A stretch of DNA of 64,000 nucleotides from assembly GCA_009103225.1 (NCBI GenBank), contig RHPI01003488.1, positions 186,001 to 250,000 of the forward strand, read 5' to 3'. Positions 62,151 to 64,000 of the stretch are shown one piece after another (the stretch's first letter is position 1; every line of letters begins with the position of its first letter). The notes beneath the pieces are model-generated. The model saw only the letters and a program-made list of their open reading frames with translations, was not told the DNA's origin and did not search any database. Source of the stretch: Chlorokybus atmophyticus. Taxonomy: Eukaryota > Plantae > Mesostigma and Chlorokybus algae. The position numbers and the translations under genes are program-made.

Positions 62151-64000
62151 CGGGCACATTTTGACCGTGTGGTGGTTATGGAGATCGACCGCCTATCCTT
62201 CCTTCAAACCACACTCGCCACCCATGCCAAAAATGGCGCCGTGCTAGGGTTTCAAGCGACTAGATAAGGAGCTTGTGACTCACAACTCACTCTAGTGAGT
62301 GCTTGTGCCCCGAAGTGCCTAGGGCACTAGGGGCACAAACGTCTCATAACTTATTAACAAGTTCTTGAGTTCATGGGCGCGCATTTCATGCGCTTCATGA
62401 ACTCATATCAAAGCGCATCAGTCTAGCAAGTGCGTTTACGCTAAGGCTGTGGTTTAATAGTATAGGGATAAACACGCCTGTAGATGATCCAAGAGCTTCC
62501 ATAATTGAGAGGTTTTCTCCATTATTGTCATCAATGGTGGGGATGACGAAAAATTGCAAGATGATATTCGCTTTTTGTTATTGTATGCACGCGATGCTAC
62601 GAAAACCTTCCATGATGTTACATTACTCAAATGGCATGGACAAGTTTGCGAACGCTCACACACCTATCTTAACAGGTAGCGGCTAAATTGAGATGTCCAG
62701 CAACATCGAGGGGTGGATGAGCAACAACACGATGTGTTCGACATTGATATAGCCATTATGCGCTTGGCTCGTATTGCGCCTAATTTTTAAAACCCGAACA
62801 CCTACTACTTGAATTGGCACATGTGGTTGGAGAACAAGTAGCTGCAAGCATAGTGGCAATAATCGCTTGGACTCTGGTGGTAGCGCCCGTGTTTGCCCCG
62901 CCATTAGACAGTACAATACTCTACATGACTGTTGTCGGCATATACTCACGCGAGTGACATACTCACGCTCGTATGAAGTGGTCACGCGATTATCATGATG
63001 CTTGTGTTGTGCAACCCAAACTTGTGCACCGCGCCACATTGTTGCAATTTATGTGTAAGCCCTTAAATTAATTTCATGTGACGCTAGTGTCATCTAATAA
63101 ACTTGTTGGACTGCAGTGTTTGAAAACTGTTGTTGGCAATCCGCTGCATTCGACATGCATATACACCCTTGTATTAAAGATGTAGATTAATAGGGTCGTT
63201 GTATGCACCGACACAAGGATTATATGGCATGTGCATTTTACTAAAATTTGAAGACTCATAAATCAATGTCAAAAAGTAGCAGCCCTAGGTGGAATACCTA
63301 GATACGCTCTTAGAGGGGCGTATTCACGTGCTCCACACATAGGTACGCTCTGTGTGTGAAGGGCGGGTAAGGCAAAACCCTGTCATAACAAAGCCAAGCA
63401 CCCCATGCACACAGCAACCGAGCATCACATTTCGATCATTAAACTTGAAACACCATACTAATCTACCCTGTTACACTTCTTTGTATTGCCTTTTCACTCG
63501 GCTACAGGTGAGTTAACAAGCTATAAACGCCTTGTCGCCCACACAATGCTCCACACATCAAATTTGTTCGCCAAAAAGAACCCCAAGAGATACTGGCATA
63601 TGCTAGTGGCATATGCTAACATGGTGTAACACATGTCACCTTAGCCCTACATATAACTAGACACTGTATTACATATGATGCACTGGTGTAGTACATGTTT
63701 TCGCGCTCATCATGTGTCACATTTGCAACTTGTTAGTTGATTAAGCCTATCACATAATCATTGATTAGCTTCATGTAAGCTGCCTATCAGTGCCTTGTCC
63801 AATTTATCATGAGCAACGCTGAAGAGATTACGGATAGACTGTACGAGCAAACCACCTACATATCGCACACACCTAAGCAATTGAACTCGCATGTAATCAT
63901 GATGTAAGTATGACCCCATGCTATAGTATTAATTGCTTGAACAATTGAGAGCAATTTGCATGGCTTAGTGAACGTGATATCACACCCCACTTAACCATAA

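Noticed and set aside
62450-64000. Short ORFs possibly from a decayed DNA transposon
   Set aside because: No transposase motif or terminal repeat could be identified.

Overview
Eukaryotic nuclear DNA, most likely from a chlorophyte green alga (GT-AG introns mostly 60-250 nt, standard genetic code). The first ~38 kb is gene-dense. It holds the 3' end of a peroxisomal NAD carrier (PXN), an ER-anchored bZIP17/28-like factor, an OZ/VAR3-family-like organellar protein lacking RanBP2 fingers, the TSET/TPLATE subunit TWD40-1, a CYP711-like P450, plastid ribose-5-phosphate isomerase, a TVP38/TMEM64 (VTT) protein, an RS-rich protein and a U1-type zinc-finger protein. Most notable is a 15-exon, ~1220-aa gene that fuses four B3 domains, an AP2 domain and a degenerate SET domain. 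From ~38 kb to the end the window is a transposon cluster: a full-length but disabled Ty3/gypsy chromovirus (LTRs ~98% identical) with a Dam-like adenine-methyltransferase domain between Gag and protease, inserted into an older related LTR; a gag-only Copia element; and a PAT-like tyrosine-recombinase (DIRS) retrotransposon with split direct repeats and its own MT domain. Two poly-G tracts and a 100-N gap look like assembly artefacts. All gene models and family calls were made by eye from splice sites, reading phase and remembered motifs; no searches were run.
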